Source: Camelus ferus (taxonomy: Eukaryota). Taken from it: a stretch of 64,000 bases of DNA. Position 1 is the first letter of the stretch; each line of letters begins with the position of its first letter. The notes beneath the pieces are model-generated. The model had not been told where the DNA came from. It was given only the letters and a program-made list of their open reading frames with translations, and made no database searches. The stretch lies in contig NC_045697.1 of assembly GCF_009834535.1 (NCBI RefSeq), positions 50,470,001 through 50,534,000 on the forward strand, in the 5' to 3' direction. The translations under genes and the position numbers were made by a program. This document shows positions 51,121 through 64,000 of the stretch, piece by piece.

Positions 51121-51428
51121 ATTTACAAAACAGAGATAGACTAACAGACATGGAAAACAAACTTATGCTTACCAAGGGGAATGGGGGTGGGGAAGGATAA
51201 ATTAGGAGTAGGGATTTGCAGATACTAACTACTATATATAAAATAGATAAACAACAGGGTCCTACTGTGTAGCACAGGGAACAACATTCTATACCTTATA
51301 ACAGCCTATAATAAAAAAGAATATGAAAGGGAATATATGTGTGTGTGTGTAAAACTGAATCTCTATGTTGTACACCAGAAACTAACACAACATTGTAAAT
51401 GGACTATACTTCAACAAAAATAAATAAA
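51121..51428 (+). mobile_element. 5'-truncated cetartiodactyl-type L1 3' UTR with A-rich tail
   Basis: atttacaaaacagagatagact...aaacttatgcttaccaagggg...tgtagcacagggaac...tgtacaccagaaactaacacaacattgtaaatggactatacttcaacaaaaataaataaa. Confidence 0.9.
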
Positions 51429-52689
51429 TTCACTGCTTCCATCCAGTTTTAAGGTTAAACAAAACTGGATTGAGCTCAACTTTCAATCATTTGTTTAATA
51501 TTAAAATATGCCTTGTTTTATAAAGGCACCTACTGCAGTTTGGCTTCAGCTTGTGGTTGCATGAACAATTCAGGGTTCCATAAATTATTCTCCAGTTATA
51601 TCCAATTTATCATTCAAGATGATTCTGAAATTGACTTTGAAGGAAGCTTTAAGCAATTTTAATTTGGTCCTGTGGTTGAATTCTCCATTTTACCTAGTTG
51701 AGGCTTCTCTCTTTGAAGTTGCAAATAGACTGATGATTTTCTTTCAAATGTATATGATAGTTTTAAAATATAATTTAACACTGATAATTTCACGCTTTTG
51801 TATCTTGAGCTTTTCTTACCAAAGAAATACCATTATTTTGGATCATTTGCATCTTCACAATAAAACTAGTCTTTAATTAAGCATCTAAGTAGTTCTTAAA
51901 ATTCATAGGTCTACTGCTGCCGCTTGCCGTTAAGGGTCCACTAAGTGTGGTTGAGAGCCTGCTCTCAACTGCTTAATTTCAGGCTCAGTTCAGGGGGCCT
52001 AATGGACAATTACTTTATTTCTTCATGCCTCATGATTTCAGGTTGTTCTGAATTTTTCTTATCGTGAACATTTTCTCTGTAAGCATATGAGTAAAATTTC
52101 TTGTTTTAAGTAAATGAAGAGCAAATATTTAAAACGAGAATCATCAGTTACTTGTTTTATCTGGGAATGTATTGCAGAATGGTGGAGCTCCGTGCATGGA
52201 CTAGGAAAAAACATTTGGTATAGCTCAACTCGGGCAGACAGTGAAACTGATTTATGGGAACCAGTGGTTTATGTAATTGAAAGTTTTAAATTGCCATGAA
52301 TTTATGAAGTTATAAATTAATTTTTCAGAAAATCTAACTGTGCAGGACTCCTGAGTACATCTGGAAAACATGCTTTTCAGCACAGCCATGTGGTTTACTC
52401 GCTGCAGTGTTAATATCCCTGTTCTCCTAAGCTTTAAAAAAAGGTGTCATTTTTTTCTGTCACTCTCTGCATGTGCAGATTTTTTAGTCTTTGAGCTTTC
52501 ATTTAAAAAACAATGAGTTGGAACCATATGGAAAACTGAGACAACATATGTCTTGTGAAACCTCTAAGGACCAAAAAATTCAGAACTTTCTACTTTAATC
52601 TTGGAGTAAATTTTATAGGTTAAGAAGATCGTCAGTGTTTAAGCTAACAGTGAAATCTGTTGACTAGTTTTATCTTTACAAGTCTGCAG

Positions 52690-53135
52690 TCAGAGTTGGA
52701 ACTCTAAATACGGCTTGAATCAGGGCCTCAAAAACTGTCATCAGGGCTGTAGTCTCTTCAACACGTCTCATTTCTTCTCTGTGTGGTACTTTCATTCTCA
52801 GGCAGGCTATTGCCCTGTGGTGGCAGTGATGACCTTTAGAAAAATCTAAGATTTCATTCTGCTGATTTAGCAATGCAGTCCGAAAAAGAGAATTTTCTTT
52901 CCGGATAATTCCTGTAAAAACCCTAGGGCTGATTTTTATTGGTGTGGATACGATAGCGTGCTTGCCCTTCAGTTGATGGCTAGTTTGGGTGATAATGGAA
53001 TGCTCTGATTGCCCCTGGTGTCAGAGATGAGCTAAGTGCACTTAAACCAGGTACAGTGAAGGTGAAGGGCGACAGCATTCCAAAGCAAAATGGGGGTCCT
53101 ATGTTCAGAAGGGGCATGGATGCTGGCAAAGCAAA
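52690..53135 (-). mobile_element. Old MLT1 (MaLR) LTR
   Basis: ggcttgaatcagggcctcaaaaactgtcatcagg...ttcattctcaggcaggct resembles antisense MLT1K/J. Confidence 0.6.
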
Positions 53136-54423
53136 CGAGTGAATTTTTGCTGCATTTTACTACATGCTATGTATTTCGCTAGTCATGCAAACACAAACCA
53201 CTGGAGGGTAAATCAATTCTGATCAGGGGTGAGAAGCATCTGAAGGTGTGCTCACTCACAGAAGGTTTAGTTCCTCAAGCAAATGGACTTCAGTCTGCCT
53301 GAAGCATCAGTTTGTAGACACACGTTTTTTCCTAGCCCATCTAGACAGGCCTGACCCTGATGGTAGCATGTGTTAGGCTCAAGCTGGGGACCCTTGTATA
53401 TACCAGTTTGATTCTTCTTTCTTATTGATTTCCTTTTGCTTAATGGTCCCTTCTTTCTATTAAACATTTTGTTAATTATTAAGCAAGTTCTTGCTGCTGG
53501 AAGGTCGGCAGTTGGCATAAAATTTATTCCCTAATAGAAACTGCTGGAGGAAGCCAGTTTTTTTTTTTTTTCTGTACCATTTAAAAACTTGAACACAAGT
53601 AACAGTTTCCTCTGAGGGTTAAAAAATAAATAAAAAGGAGGGGAATAAATCATGCTGAAAGGAGGAAGAATTGGGATTCTTCACATTAGTACTGTAAATT
53701 GATAACATTTGGAAGAGCACCATCTTAGAATGATAATGAATTTAGGAAGGAAAATATAGTCAGAAGGTGTTCTGTTCATTTATAGTTTGATAAGGAAGAG
53801 AACAGACATGGTGATAACAAGGCTGTCTGAGAGAACTATAAAGCGCAGTACTGTGGGGCCTTGGAATTATGTCCTTGACACTCTTGTTAAAATTGAGACA
53901 GAGAAATGAGGGTTATCATAACCCCCAGCCATCAAGGTCTTGAATGCCTAATATACTTAGAATATTTCAAGTGCCTAATAATTATAATTAAGCTTTAGGT
54001 TGAAATACAAGGGTTATGATCATTTCAGGGTACAGTCACATTTATTTGAATGCTTGTTTTGAAAATGTGAATTTATTCCAACATAAAGAAACAATTTGAG
54101 CATAATAGGAATTTTTTGTTTCTTACACGTAAATTCACCTGAGAGAATTACTGGATAAATGCACAAAGCTGTTGAGCTGAGCTGAGTAGATGGCACCAAA
54201 TGCACAAATGACATGCCCAAATCACATGGTGTGCCACCTACCTTGGTTCAGGTTGGTGTTAGGAGCTACTCTTATCGAGATCTGATGTTTTCTATCCAGT
54301 TTCTATAATCCTTCCTCTATCAGTTCCACAAGCAAATGTCAGGTATTTTTGAGATAAATTACCCTACATACTGAACTATTTATGTATTTGTAACCACTTA
54401 AAATGTATAAAACTGCACTACTG

Positions 54424-57400
54424 TTTTTATTGTTTCTTTTTTATTGAATTATAATTGACTTACAATATATATTGGTTTCAGGTGTACAACACAGCGATTT
54501 GATATTTTTATACATTGTGAAACAGTCACCATGCTGTGTAGTCACTGTACAAAAGTAATTTAAAAATTATGAACTGTATCCTCTAAGCTGTACATTACAT
54601 CCCTGTGACTTAACTTATTTTGTAACTGGAGGTTTGTATCTCTTAGTCCTATTTCCCCATTATGCCCATTCCCCCAACCTACCTCTTCTCTGGCAGCCAG
54701 TCATTCGTTCTCTGTGTTTATCAGTCTGTTTCTGTTTTGTTATGTTTGTTGGTCTGTTCTGTTTTTTAGATTCCACACATAAGTGAAATCATATGGTATT
54801 TCTCTGCCTGACTTATTTCACTTAACATAATACCCTCTGGGTCCATCAGTGTTGTCACAAATGCAAAATTTCATTCTTTTTATGGCTGAATAATATTCAT
54901 ATATATATATATATATTTGTTGTTGATATATGTTGATATGTATTAAATATACATTATATATAATGTCTTCTTTATCCCTTCATCTATACATGGTCACTTA
55001 GGTTGCTTCCATATCTTGGCTATTGTAAATAATACTGCAGTCAACATCAGAGTGCATATATGATTTCCAGTTAGTGTTTTCAGTTTCTTTGGATAAATAC
55101 CCAGAAGTGGAATTGTTTGAACATATAGTAGTTCTATTTTAAAAATTTTGAGGAATCTCTATACTGTTTTCATAGTGGCTGCACCAATTTACATTCCTAC
55201 CAACAGTGCATGAGTGTACCCTTTTCTCCACATCCTTACCAACGCTGTTATTTGTTGTCTTTTTGATAATAGCTGTTCTAACAGGTGTGAGGTGATATCT
55301 CATTGTGGTTTTGATTTGCTTTTCCCTGAGGATTAATGATGTTGAACATCTTTTTATGTGCCTGTTGGCTGTCTGTATGTTTTCTTTGGAAAAATGCCTG
55401 TTTAGGTCTTCTGCCCATTTAAAATCTATTGTTTTTTGTTTGTTTTTTGAAGTCTTTTGCTATTGAGTTGTATGAGTTCTTTATATATTTTGGATATCAA
55501 CCCTTTATCAGACATATCATTTGCAAATATCTTCTCCCATTCAGTAGGTTGTCTTTTCATTTTGTTGATGGTTTCCTTCACTGTGCAAACACTGTTTAGT
55601 TTGATATCATCCCATTTGTTTATTTTTGCTTTTGCTGCCCTTGCCTGAAGAGACATCAAAACAACAACAAAAAATACTGCCAAGATTGATGTCAAAGAGC
55701 ATGCTGCCTATGTTTTCTTCTAGGATTTATATAGTTTTAGTCTTACATGTAAGTCTTTAAGCCATTCTGAATTTATTTTTGTTTATGGTGTAAGAAAGTA
55801 GTCTAGTTTCATTCTTTTGCAGGTAACTGTCTAGTTTTCCCAACACAATTTATTGAAGAGACTGTCTTTCTCCATAGTGTGTTCTTTCCTCCTTTGTCAT
55901 AGATTAATTGCCCATAGAAGTATAGATTTGTTTCTGGGCTCTCTATTCTGTTCCATTGACCTATATGTCTACTTTTGTGCTAGTATAGTTTGAAACCGGG
56001 GAATGTGATACTACCAACCTTGTTCTTCTTTCTTAAGAATGCTTCGGCTATTTGGGATCTTTTGTGGTTCCATACAAATTTAGGATTATTTGTTCTAGTT
56101 CTGTGAAAAATACCATAGGTATTTTGATAGAGATTGCATTGAATCTGTAAATGTCATATGGACAGTTTAACAGTAACTCTTCCAGTAATCAGTGAGCACA
56201 GGATATCTTTCCATTTATTTGTTTCTTATTCAATTTTTTCCATTAATGTCTTATAGTCTTCAGAGTACAGGTCTTTCACCTCCTTGGTTAAATATCTTCC
56301 TAGGTACTTTGTTCTTTTTGATGCAGTTGTAAATGAGAAATGCAACAGATTTCTACATGTTAATTTTATATCCTGCAACTTTACTGAATTCATTTATTAG
56401 TTCTAGTAGTTTTTGGTGGAATTTTTAGGGTTTTCTATATATAATATATGCTATCTGCAAATAGTGACAGTTTTACTTCTTCTCCTTCCATTTTGGATGC
56501 CTTTATTCACTTTTTTGTGTGTGATTGTTGTGGTTAGAACTTCCAGTACTATGTTAATAAAAGTAGTGAGAGTGGGCTTCCTTCTCTTATTCCTGATCTC
56601 AGAAGAAAAGCTTTCAATTTTTCACCATTGAGTATGATGTTAACTGTGGGTTTGTCATACGTGGTCTTTATTATGTTTAGGCATGTTCTCTCTATCCCCA
56701 CTTTGTTGAGGGTTTTTAATCATATCTAGATGTTGACTTCATCAAATGCTTTTTTTGCATCTATGCACATGATCATGTGATTTTTATCCTTTGTTTTGTT
56801 AATGTAAGTTTTCACAGTAATTGATAACGCAGATATTGAACCATCCTTGCATCCCTGGAATAAATCCCACCTGATCATGGTGTATGATCCTTTTAATATA
56901 TTATTGAACTTAGTTTGCTAATATTTTGTTGAGGGTTTTTGCATCTATATTCAGCAGTGATATTGGCCTGTAATTTTCTTTTCTTTTTTCTTTTTTTTTT
57001 TTTGTAGTGTCTTTGTCTGATTTTCATATCAGAGTAATGCTGACCTCATATAATGAGTTTGGAAGCTTCCTTTCCTACAATCTTTTGGAATAATTATAAA
57101 GGATAGGTAATAACTCCTATTTAAATATTTGGTAGAATTTTCCAGTGAATCCATTTGGTCCTGGACTTTTGTTTCTTGGGAGTTTTTGATTACCGATTCA
57201 ATTTCATTACTAGTAATTGGTCTGTTAGATTTTCTATTTCTTCCTGATTTAGTCTTGGAAAATTGTATGCTTTCTGTTTATTTATTTATTAATTATTTAT
57301 TCATTTCTTCTAGCCTGTCTAATTTGTTGGTGTGTAATTGTTTGTAGTAGTCTCTTATGATTGTTTGTATTTCTGTGGTAGCAGTTGTAACTTCTTCTCT

Positions 57401-58840
57401 TTCATTTCTGATTTTATTTGTTTGGGTCCTCTCCCTTTTTTTTTTTTTCTTGTTGAGTCTGTCTAAAGGTTTATCAATTATGTTTATCTTTTCAAAAAAA
57501 TAGCTCTTAATTTCATCGCTTTTTTCTATTTTTTTGTCTCTATTTCAATTATTTTACTTTGCTCTTCATTGTTGATGTTTATTATTCCATTCCTTAGGCT
57601 AAATTTGGGCTTTGCTTGTTCTTTTTCTAGTTTCTTTAAGTGTAAAATTGGATTGCTTATTTGAGATTTTTCTTATTTTTTGATTAAGCCTGTATTAGTA
57701 TGGTACTGCCTCTTATAACATTTTTTGCTGTATCCTATAGATTTTGAAAAATTGTGTTTCCATTTTCATATGTCTCAAGGTATTTTTTAATTTCTTATTT
57801 GATTTTTTTGTTGATCCATTGGTTGTTTAGTAGCATGTGGTTTAATCTCCATGTGTTTATGTTTTTCCCAGTTTTTTTTTTTTTTGCTCTTGTAATTGAT
57901 TTCTGGTTTCATAATGTTTTGATGGAAAAGAAGCTTGATATGACATTAATCTTCTTAAATTTATTAAGATTTGTTTTGTTGCCTATCATATAATCTATCC
58001 TGGAGAATGTTACATGTGCACTCGAAAAGAATGTGTATTCTGCAGTTTTGGGATGCAGTGTTCTGTATGTTATCTATTAAGCTCATCTACTGTGCCACTT
58101 AAGGCCAACGTTGCCTTATAAATTTTTTTGTCTGATTGATCCATTCATTGATGTAAGTGCAGCATTGAAGTACCTACTATAATTGTATTACTGTCAATTT
58201 TCAATTTATGTCCATTAACATTTGCTTTATATATTTATATGCTTCTATGTTGGATGCATAATTATTTACACATGTAATATCCTTTTCTTGCATTGACCCC
58301 TTTATGATAATCTAATATGTTTCTATATGTTTTGCTGCAGTCTTTTTTTAAATTTTGTTTTGTTGTATATAACTATTGCCACTTTATCTTTTTTGTTTGT
58401 TTCCTTTTCATGGAATATCTTTTCCCGCCTTTTAACTTTCAGTCTGTGTGTGTCTTTAGATCTGAAGTGAGTCTTGTAGGCAACATTAGATAGATCTTGT
58501 TTTGTTTTTTTTTTTTTTTTTTTGTAAGTTGCTGCTGCATGTAAGAACTAACTCCTTATTTTTCTTTTTTTAAACACCTTTATTGTGGTATGGTTCCTGT
58601 ACAGTAAACTGCACATATTTCAGATGTACACTTTGATGAATTTTGATAGATGTATACATTCAGCCAGTCTGAGTTTTTTGATTGGAGAATTTAATACATT
58701 CACATTTAAAGTGATTATTAATAGGTATGTTCTTACTGTCATTTTATTATTTTCTGGCTGTTTTGTAGTTTTTCTCTGTTCTTTTATTATTCTCTTTGTC
58801 TCTTCCTTTGTGGTTTGATAACTTTCTTTAGTATTTCTTT
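54424..58840 (-). mobile_element. ~4.4 kb L1 remnant (most of ORF2 plus 3' UTR), frameshifted and non-functional
   Basis: ORF 55426-55695 gives ORF2 ([39 protein letters not shown]...[13 protein letters not shown]); continuous T-rich antisense L1 sequence; A-tail at ~54424-54442. Confidence 0.93.
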
Positions 58841-59045
58841 TTTCTAATGTGATACTGACAAAGTTTTTGAGTATTATACCCCTAGACCCAATTTTCCCAT
58901 AAATTTTTGTTGCTCAGTTTTGCAGTGTGATTATTTTTTCTAGGAAGGCCTATGACATGTTATGGAAAAAAACTGTACTGAGTGCCAATAAGAGCTTCAA
59001 CAGGATTTTGAAATATTTAATAATTTTAAGTAAAATTTATTAACT

Positions 59046-59459
59046 TGTTATGGAAACGACAGGCCAGTCAAGAAACAAGCACCACTCGGAGGGTTGGAGT
59101 ACTCAGATGTATTACGCCAGCGGGCTCAGAGGGGCTTCTGCTCCGAAGCTCTGAGCACCTCCAAGACGTGCGCATGAGGTTTTATAGGGTAAAGTACAAG
59201 CTTGGGGTATTCAGCCAATAGGCATGGAACAGCTTTAGCAGCATTATCATCACAAAAGTGGAGGTGGGGAGGCAGCAAACCAACATTCCAAAGCCAGATA
59301 TGTATCTTTGAAAATCCAGCTGGCTAGCAAAAAAACATAAACAGCAAACCAACACTAATTAACCTAGTTTTACAAGTTAGTCTAGCAGAACTCAGATCAG
59401 TATTCCAATACTTAGATTTGTGAGTTATCTTGTTAGCCCAGCCCGGTTTTTCCTTCACA
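59046..59459 (-). mobile_element. Solo ERV1/gammaretrovirus-type LTR, 414 bp
   Basis: TGT...ACA termini; TSD AACT (59042-59045, 59460-59463); minus-strand TATAAAA (59186-59180); variant poly(A) signal AATACA (59113-59108); several CpGs retained. Confidence 0.88.
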
Positions 59460-59469
59460 AACTAAGTCC

Positions 59470-60055
59470 TATGTTCTAGATATTTTATATACGTTAGCTA
59501 TCTAATTTAACTTAATTCTAAAATGTCTCTATAGGTTAGGTATAATTATTATCCCCATTTTATAATGTAGGCAACTGAGATTTAGAGGGGTTAAATAATT
59601 TATTTTCCACCACAGAGCTAATAAGCAGTTGGGATTCAAAACCCAGCCCCCTGAGATTGCAAATCTTGCTTCACACAACATTTGCCAAGTGACAGCCATG
59701 GTCAGAGTACTGTGCTGAGTGCATCAGACCTTGGAACTGGACAGCCTTGTGGTCAAATCCAGGTTCCACCACCTACTAGCTGCATATCATTGAATAAGTT
59801 ACTTCAACTTTGTAAATTTCAGTTTCCTGACCTGAAAAATGGAAGACAATCATAATAAAATAGCTAATATTCTTGAGTACTTACTGTTATCCTCAAAAGA
59901 ACTCTAGCAGGTAAATAATACCCTTTTTTAACAAATGACAAGATTCAGGTTTAGAAAAGTTAGGAAACTTGGACGAGGCAGCACAGCTGGTAGGAGGCAG
60001 AGCTGCGATTTAAGCCTCAGACTTTTCAGCTCCAAAAACTAGTCTTCTTAACTAC
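59470..60055. mobile_element. Cluster of three MIR SINEs in alternating orientation
   Basis: MIR cores at ~59550 (atccccattttataatgtaggcaactgag), ~59800 (aagttacttcaact...tcagtttcctgacctgaaaaatgg) and ~59930. Confidence 0.7.
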
Positions 60056-63000
60056 TGTTCAGCACAGCTCGCAATAAAACTTTCCTCCAGGCTCTCTCTA
60101 AGGACTGAAAGAGATGCTGAATAGAAATTAGTTTGCACTGTGCCTGGTCTGTGGTATGCACTTAATGAATGACGTCTATTATCATTATTATTACTACTAC
60201 TATGACTGGAACTTAGCCAAGAACAAAAATCATTATAATACAAGAATGTTAGCACTATTTGAGGGATTAAAAAAAATATAATATCCAAGGAGTTCAAAGG
60301 AGGGAAAGATGATATTTGTAAAAAACATAATACTTTAAGGAGAAGGCAGAATTTGAAAAAAAAAATGTAGGATCGTAGGAGACAGAGTTGGAGGAGTGTA
60401 ATGCATGTGGAGGGAACAGCAGGGACCCTAGCAAATAGGAATTGTGAGGTCTGTTTGGAGAGCAGACGGCAGCTATTGGCTGCAGCAGATGGTCTGCGTA
60501 TGGAGCCCTGGGAGAGTAGATGAGAAAAGGAGACCCCTCAGAACCTCCTTGTGGAGGGTCTCACACTGCTAGGAGAGGATTCTTTGCTAAACATGATGTA
60601 AAATGGGGAGCTTGTTTGGTTTTTGAGCAGGGAGTTAATATAAACAGGATTGAACACTGAGAAAACAAATCTGGCAAGAGCTGTATCAGAGAGCGACTGA
60701 GGGTGTGGGCAGGGCAGAGTCGTCTGAGTCATCAGACGCCACCCCTGGCAGCTTCCAGGTGAGTGTGGGTTCTCCTAAAGAGCACGTTCCTGGACAACCC
60801 ATCCATCTGAGATTCCTTTAGGGCTTGTGTGGTTTGCAGAACAACAAGGCCCTCTGCAGGCACCCTGATGACTAGACTCAGAGGAATTTAGATGAGGTAG
60901 GATCTTAAAATTAATCCAGTCAAAGGACTGTGATGGCGGATGGTAAGGCCCGTAGGAACCCTGCATGGGTAGCTTAATGGGAAAGCAGGCTGGGTGTCAA
61001 GGGCACACTCTTTCTTACCAAAGCTTTGGAAGAATATAGAGTCAGACCGAAAGCCGTAGGAAATATGCCTGTGGACTGGATGTGCCTTATAGGCTGCACG
61101 TTTTCAGCATACAACTTCCAGTGAGGAGGGGAGTGTGGAGGTCATCTCTAGAGTATCACTTCTCCACTTAACAGACAAGAATAGCATGTACAAAGGGCCC
61201 CAGCAAAGTTAAATAATCACACAAGCAGATCAGATCACGGGTCCTTTAAGTGTCCATCTGCTGCAGATTTTTTAATGTTGCTTCCAATTTTTGCCCTAAG
61301 ATGGGCCACCACCATTGACTGTTTTTCTCCTAGGTATATGTGGGACTACGGTAGACTTGAGAGGGATGTGGTGGGAAGGAGGTTGATGAGATTTTCCTGT
61401 TGATGTGAAAACCACTCACTCCTCATCTCATCACCAAACTGAAACAAGTGTGTCCCAGTTAGGATAACATTCATGCCAGAGAACCCTTGTCCACAGGCTG
61501 GGATCAAGTGTTCCAAGTGACCAACTTACTCCGTAAGTCCTAAGGATAAACCAGGGTTCATTTACAGTCTAAAGTCTCTCCCTCGACTATACATTCAACT
61601 GTCAGCAGCGTGAAGCTTGTTCTGGCCCCACCCTAAGGATGGTATGCATATGTTAATAATCTGCACATGACAGTAGGGAATTTTTGTGGTTGATCCACGA
61701 TGAAGGTTATTATTTTATATACCTTAAAAAAAAGTCTTTTTTTTCATTTGTGTGCAGCTCCCTTGGGTATATCTCTAAGCTCATCAAAAAACTAAACCCT
61801 AACGCTAATATTTTACATAAAATCTTAGGAAGCATTATCATATAGAGTTTAGAGGAGGGACTTTGACATCAGATCTACCCGGTTAGGTCTAGACTCTGCC
61901 ACTTAAAGGCTATGTGACCTTGAAAAAGTGAACTGTCTTCTGTAAGCCTCAGTTACACACAGGCATGGATTAATTAAAATAAAGCTAATAATGTTTTTCA
62001 AACATTATAAGTGCTCATAAATGGTAGCTATATTGCACTATTACTTCAACTTGGTTTGTGAAGGGACTTAACACTGAATCAATATTTTTGTGCATAGATA
62101 TGCCTTTGTTTTTTCCCAGAAAGATGAGAATCCTAATTAACATCTTCTTAAAGATCAAAAGCACAGTGAGTTTGATACTCACTGGACTGTGGTCTTAATG
62201 GAATTTCAATCTAAATGACTTATGCTCCAATATTGTCTGAGATGTAAAAATTACAAAGAAAGGCTATAAAGTATAAAGGTAAGACCTAACTGAGCAGTTC
62301 AGTTTTTCTTGTTACCATATAATCACATTTCTAATCTTTATGAGATGCTTCTTTGGAAGTCATGAGTGTTGCCCACAATCTGTAACGTCCGTCATGTTTA
62401 GCTTTGGCCGAGGAGTGAATTGTAATGATGGGACACATTTATTCCTGTGGATAGTCTCAAGGAGTGTGGCCTTTGAATTCTTAGGAAATTAGCTACTTAG
62501 GCTCTTGTACTATGAGCTGTGCATTCAGTGACTTGATAGTTAACAGAGATTTAGAGCTAAATTTGAAAGATATGCTTCTGAATGTGCTACTGAACAGGGC
62601 TGTGCCAAAAATTTGGACGAGAAATGTGGACTTACCCAGATTAGTAGTGCCAGACTCCGACAAATTAAATTTCAACACTTCCAGTTCATCTTGGCAGATG
62701 CTAGTGTCCTGATGTCATGCTGTTATGATGTAAGCCAGAAAATGGTATTTTGCAATAGAGATTCTGGTAACCCTTCCCTTGAGTGTGGGTTGTAGGATAT
62801 CAATATTTACATCACACCACAGAGTGCATTACAGTTTGCAAGGCAGAGAACTTATATGGTTGACTCATGGTCTTCTGCGGAGAAGAACTGTCCTTATGTT
62901 CAACATCAAAAGCTTAAATTGCTCATGTTTGCCTTGTTATTTCCTTGAGACATTTTTTTCAATTACATGTAATGAATGGAAATCTTGATGTCACCAAAGT

Positions 63001-63892
63001 GGACAATTCAAAATGAAAGGACTAGACTTGTGCCAGGAAACACTAAAAGATGAAATGTGTTATAATTTCATCTACTTCAAACGTTATAAAAACATAATTA
63101 TACAAAAAAGTCATTTGGGGAAAGAAGGTACAATAGCAAGCAGTTATAATTCCCTTTTTGTAAATTTACTTGCTCAGGCATGACTGAAATTATAGTATTT
63201 CCTCCCACCCCCATCATCCTCCAAAATGCTAATGAAGCACTCTTGAATATTGATGACCTAAGAATGTGTTCTCAAGAACTGAAGGGCAGACACAGGAAGG
63301 AGACAAAATGGGAAATGAAAGAAATTGATGAACCCCTTGGCCAGTTTGATTTAGTCAGAGATGCCAGAAACAGGTTCTCACATCTTTCCTAAATGACTCA
63401 GCTAATTTAATGATTCACTGATAGCTGCAAATGTAGTTCTGTTGCAAGGGCTTACCTAGTAGGCTTTTTTCAGAGTCTTATTGTATATTGGAAAAAAACC
63501 AGAAGATGAAAAAATTTGCAGAACATCTTATGTTTATGCATTTTCCTGCTTAAGTTCTGCTTACATATATAAATACTGCCAGAAGAATGCCAGGGATTCC
63601 TTCCCACAAAATTAACTCTGAGAGTTATGGGATCACAAGATTATTTTGTATAACCGGCCATAAACAGATGGCTTCCCATAAACTGTAATCTAAATTTCCA
63701 TACAGTCTCACTCCATGGGTCTGATAATGTTAATTTAATGCTTACTATTTCAAAGGTGAAAAACTTTGAATTTGTTGGTTTTCTATTTTGATTTACTTTT
63801 TGGTTTGGCATTCTAGGAATCTGAATTTGTTGTTTAATTTCTATTCAATTGTGTTTACATTTTAGAAATATTTGTAGGTCACCAATATTTAT

Positions 63893-63938
63893 AACTTTTT
63901 TTATTGAAGTATAGTCAATTACAATGCATCAACTTTTT
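63893..63938 (-). mobile_element. ~30-bp extremely truncated L1 3' tip with 8-bp TSD
   Basis: AACTTTTT (63893-63900) + ttattgaagtatagtcaattacaatg + catc + AACTTTTT (63931-63938). Confidence 0.7.
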
Positions 63939-64000
63939 AGGTTATCACCTCTCTAGTCTCTAGTCTCACTTCCTCTTTCTTTTCATCAGTAGACAGTCCT

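Noticed and set aside
49000..52100. Possible decayed DNA-transposon coding sequence around the L1 at 51121
   Set aside because: No transposase motif or terminal repeats could be identified by eye; needs a Dfam search.
54424..58840. L1 ORF2 fragments as a functional reverse transcriptase gene
   Set aside because: Many stops, frameshifts and deletions; no ORF1 or 5' UTR.
60000..64000. EPGN exons expected upstream of EREG by synteny
   Set aside because: I could not find EPGN coding sequence by eye; it probably lies beyond the window. A tblastn search would settle this.

Overview
AT-rich mammalian genomic DNA, probably a cetartiodactyl and tentatively a camelid (judged from the young L1 3' ends and the lack of obvious ruminant, pig or primate SINEs). 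It holds one complete protein-coding gene on the minus strand, EREG (epiregulin). The five coding exons are 21936-21885, 10063-9977, 8109-7986, 7357-7208 and 5327-5246, all with GT-AG introns, and give a 164-aa precursor: MMEPVRACQVPALLLCLGFHLLQAVLSTTVIPSCIPGESKDNCTALVQTEDNPRVAQVSITKCSSDMNGYCLHGQCIYLVDMSENYCRCEVGYTGVRCEHFFLTVQQPLSKEYVALSVILVILFLVLVAGSIYYFCRCYRNRKGKEPKKEYERVTSGDPTLPQV. The gene has a TATA/Inr CpG-island promoter near 22.06 kb and a ~3.2 kb 3' UTR. The remaining ~42 kb upstream is intergenic and rich in transposons (L1, L2, MIR, MLT1, MER5, five solo ERV LTRs with target-site duplications, TSDs). I found no new gene system. The most interesting observations are: (1) an L1 insertion with a ~154-bp 3' transduction placed 30 bp from the acceptor of the EGF-domain exon, in the gene's sense orientation; (2) a Cys at the exon 4/5 junction where I recall Trp in human, plus a tandem acceptor that would give a tail-less EREG; (3) a perfect (GT)70 in the promoter; (4) nested solo LTRs; (5) candidate XRE, ETS/AP-1 and CTCF sites. 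Repeat family names and human comparisons come from memory of consensus sequences, not from a search.
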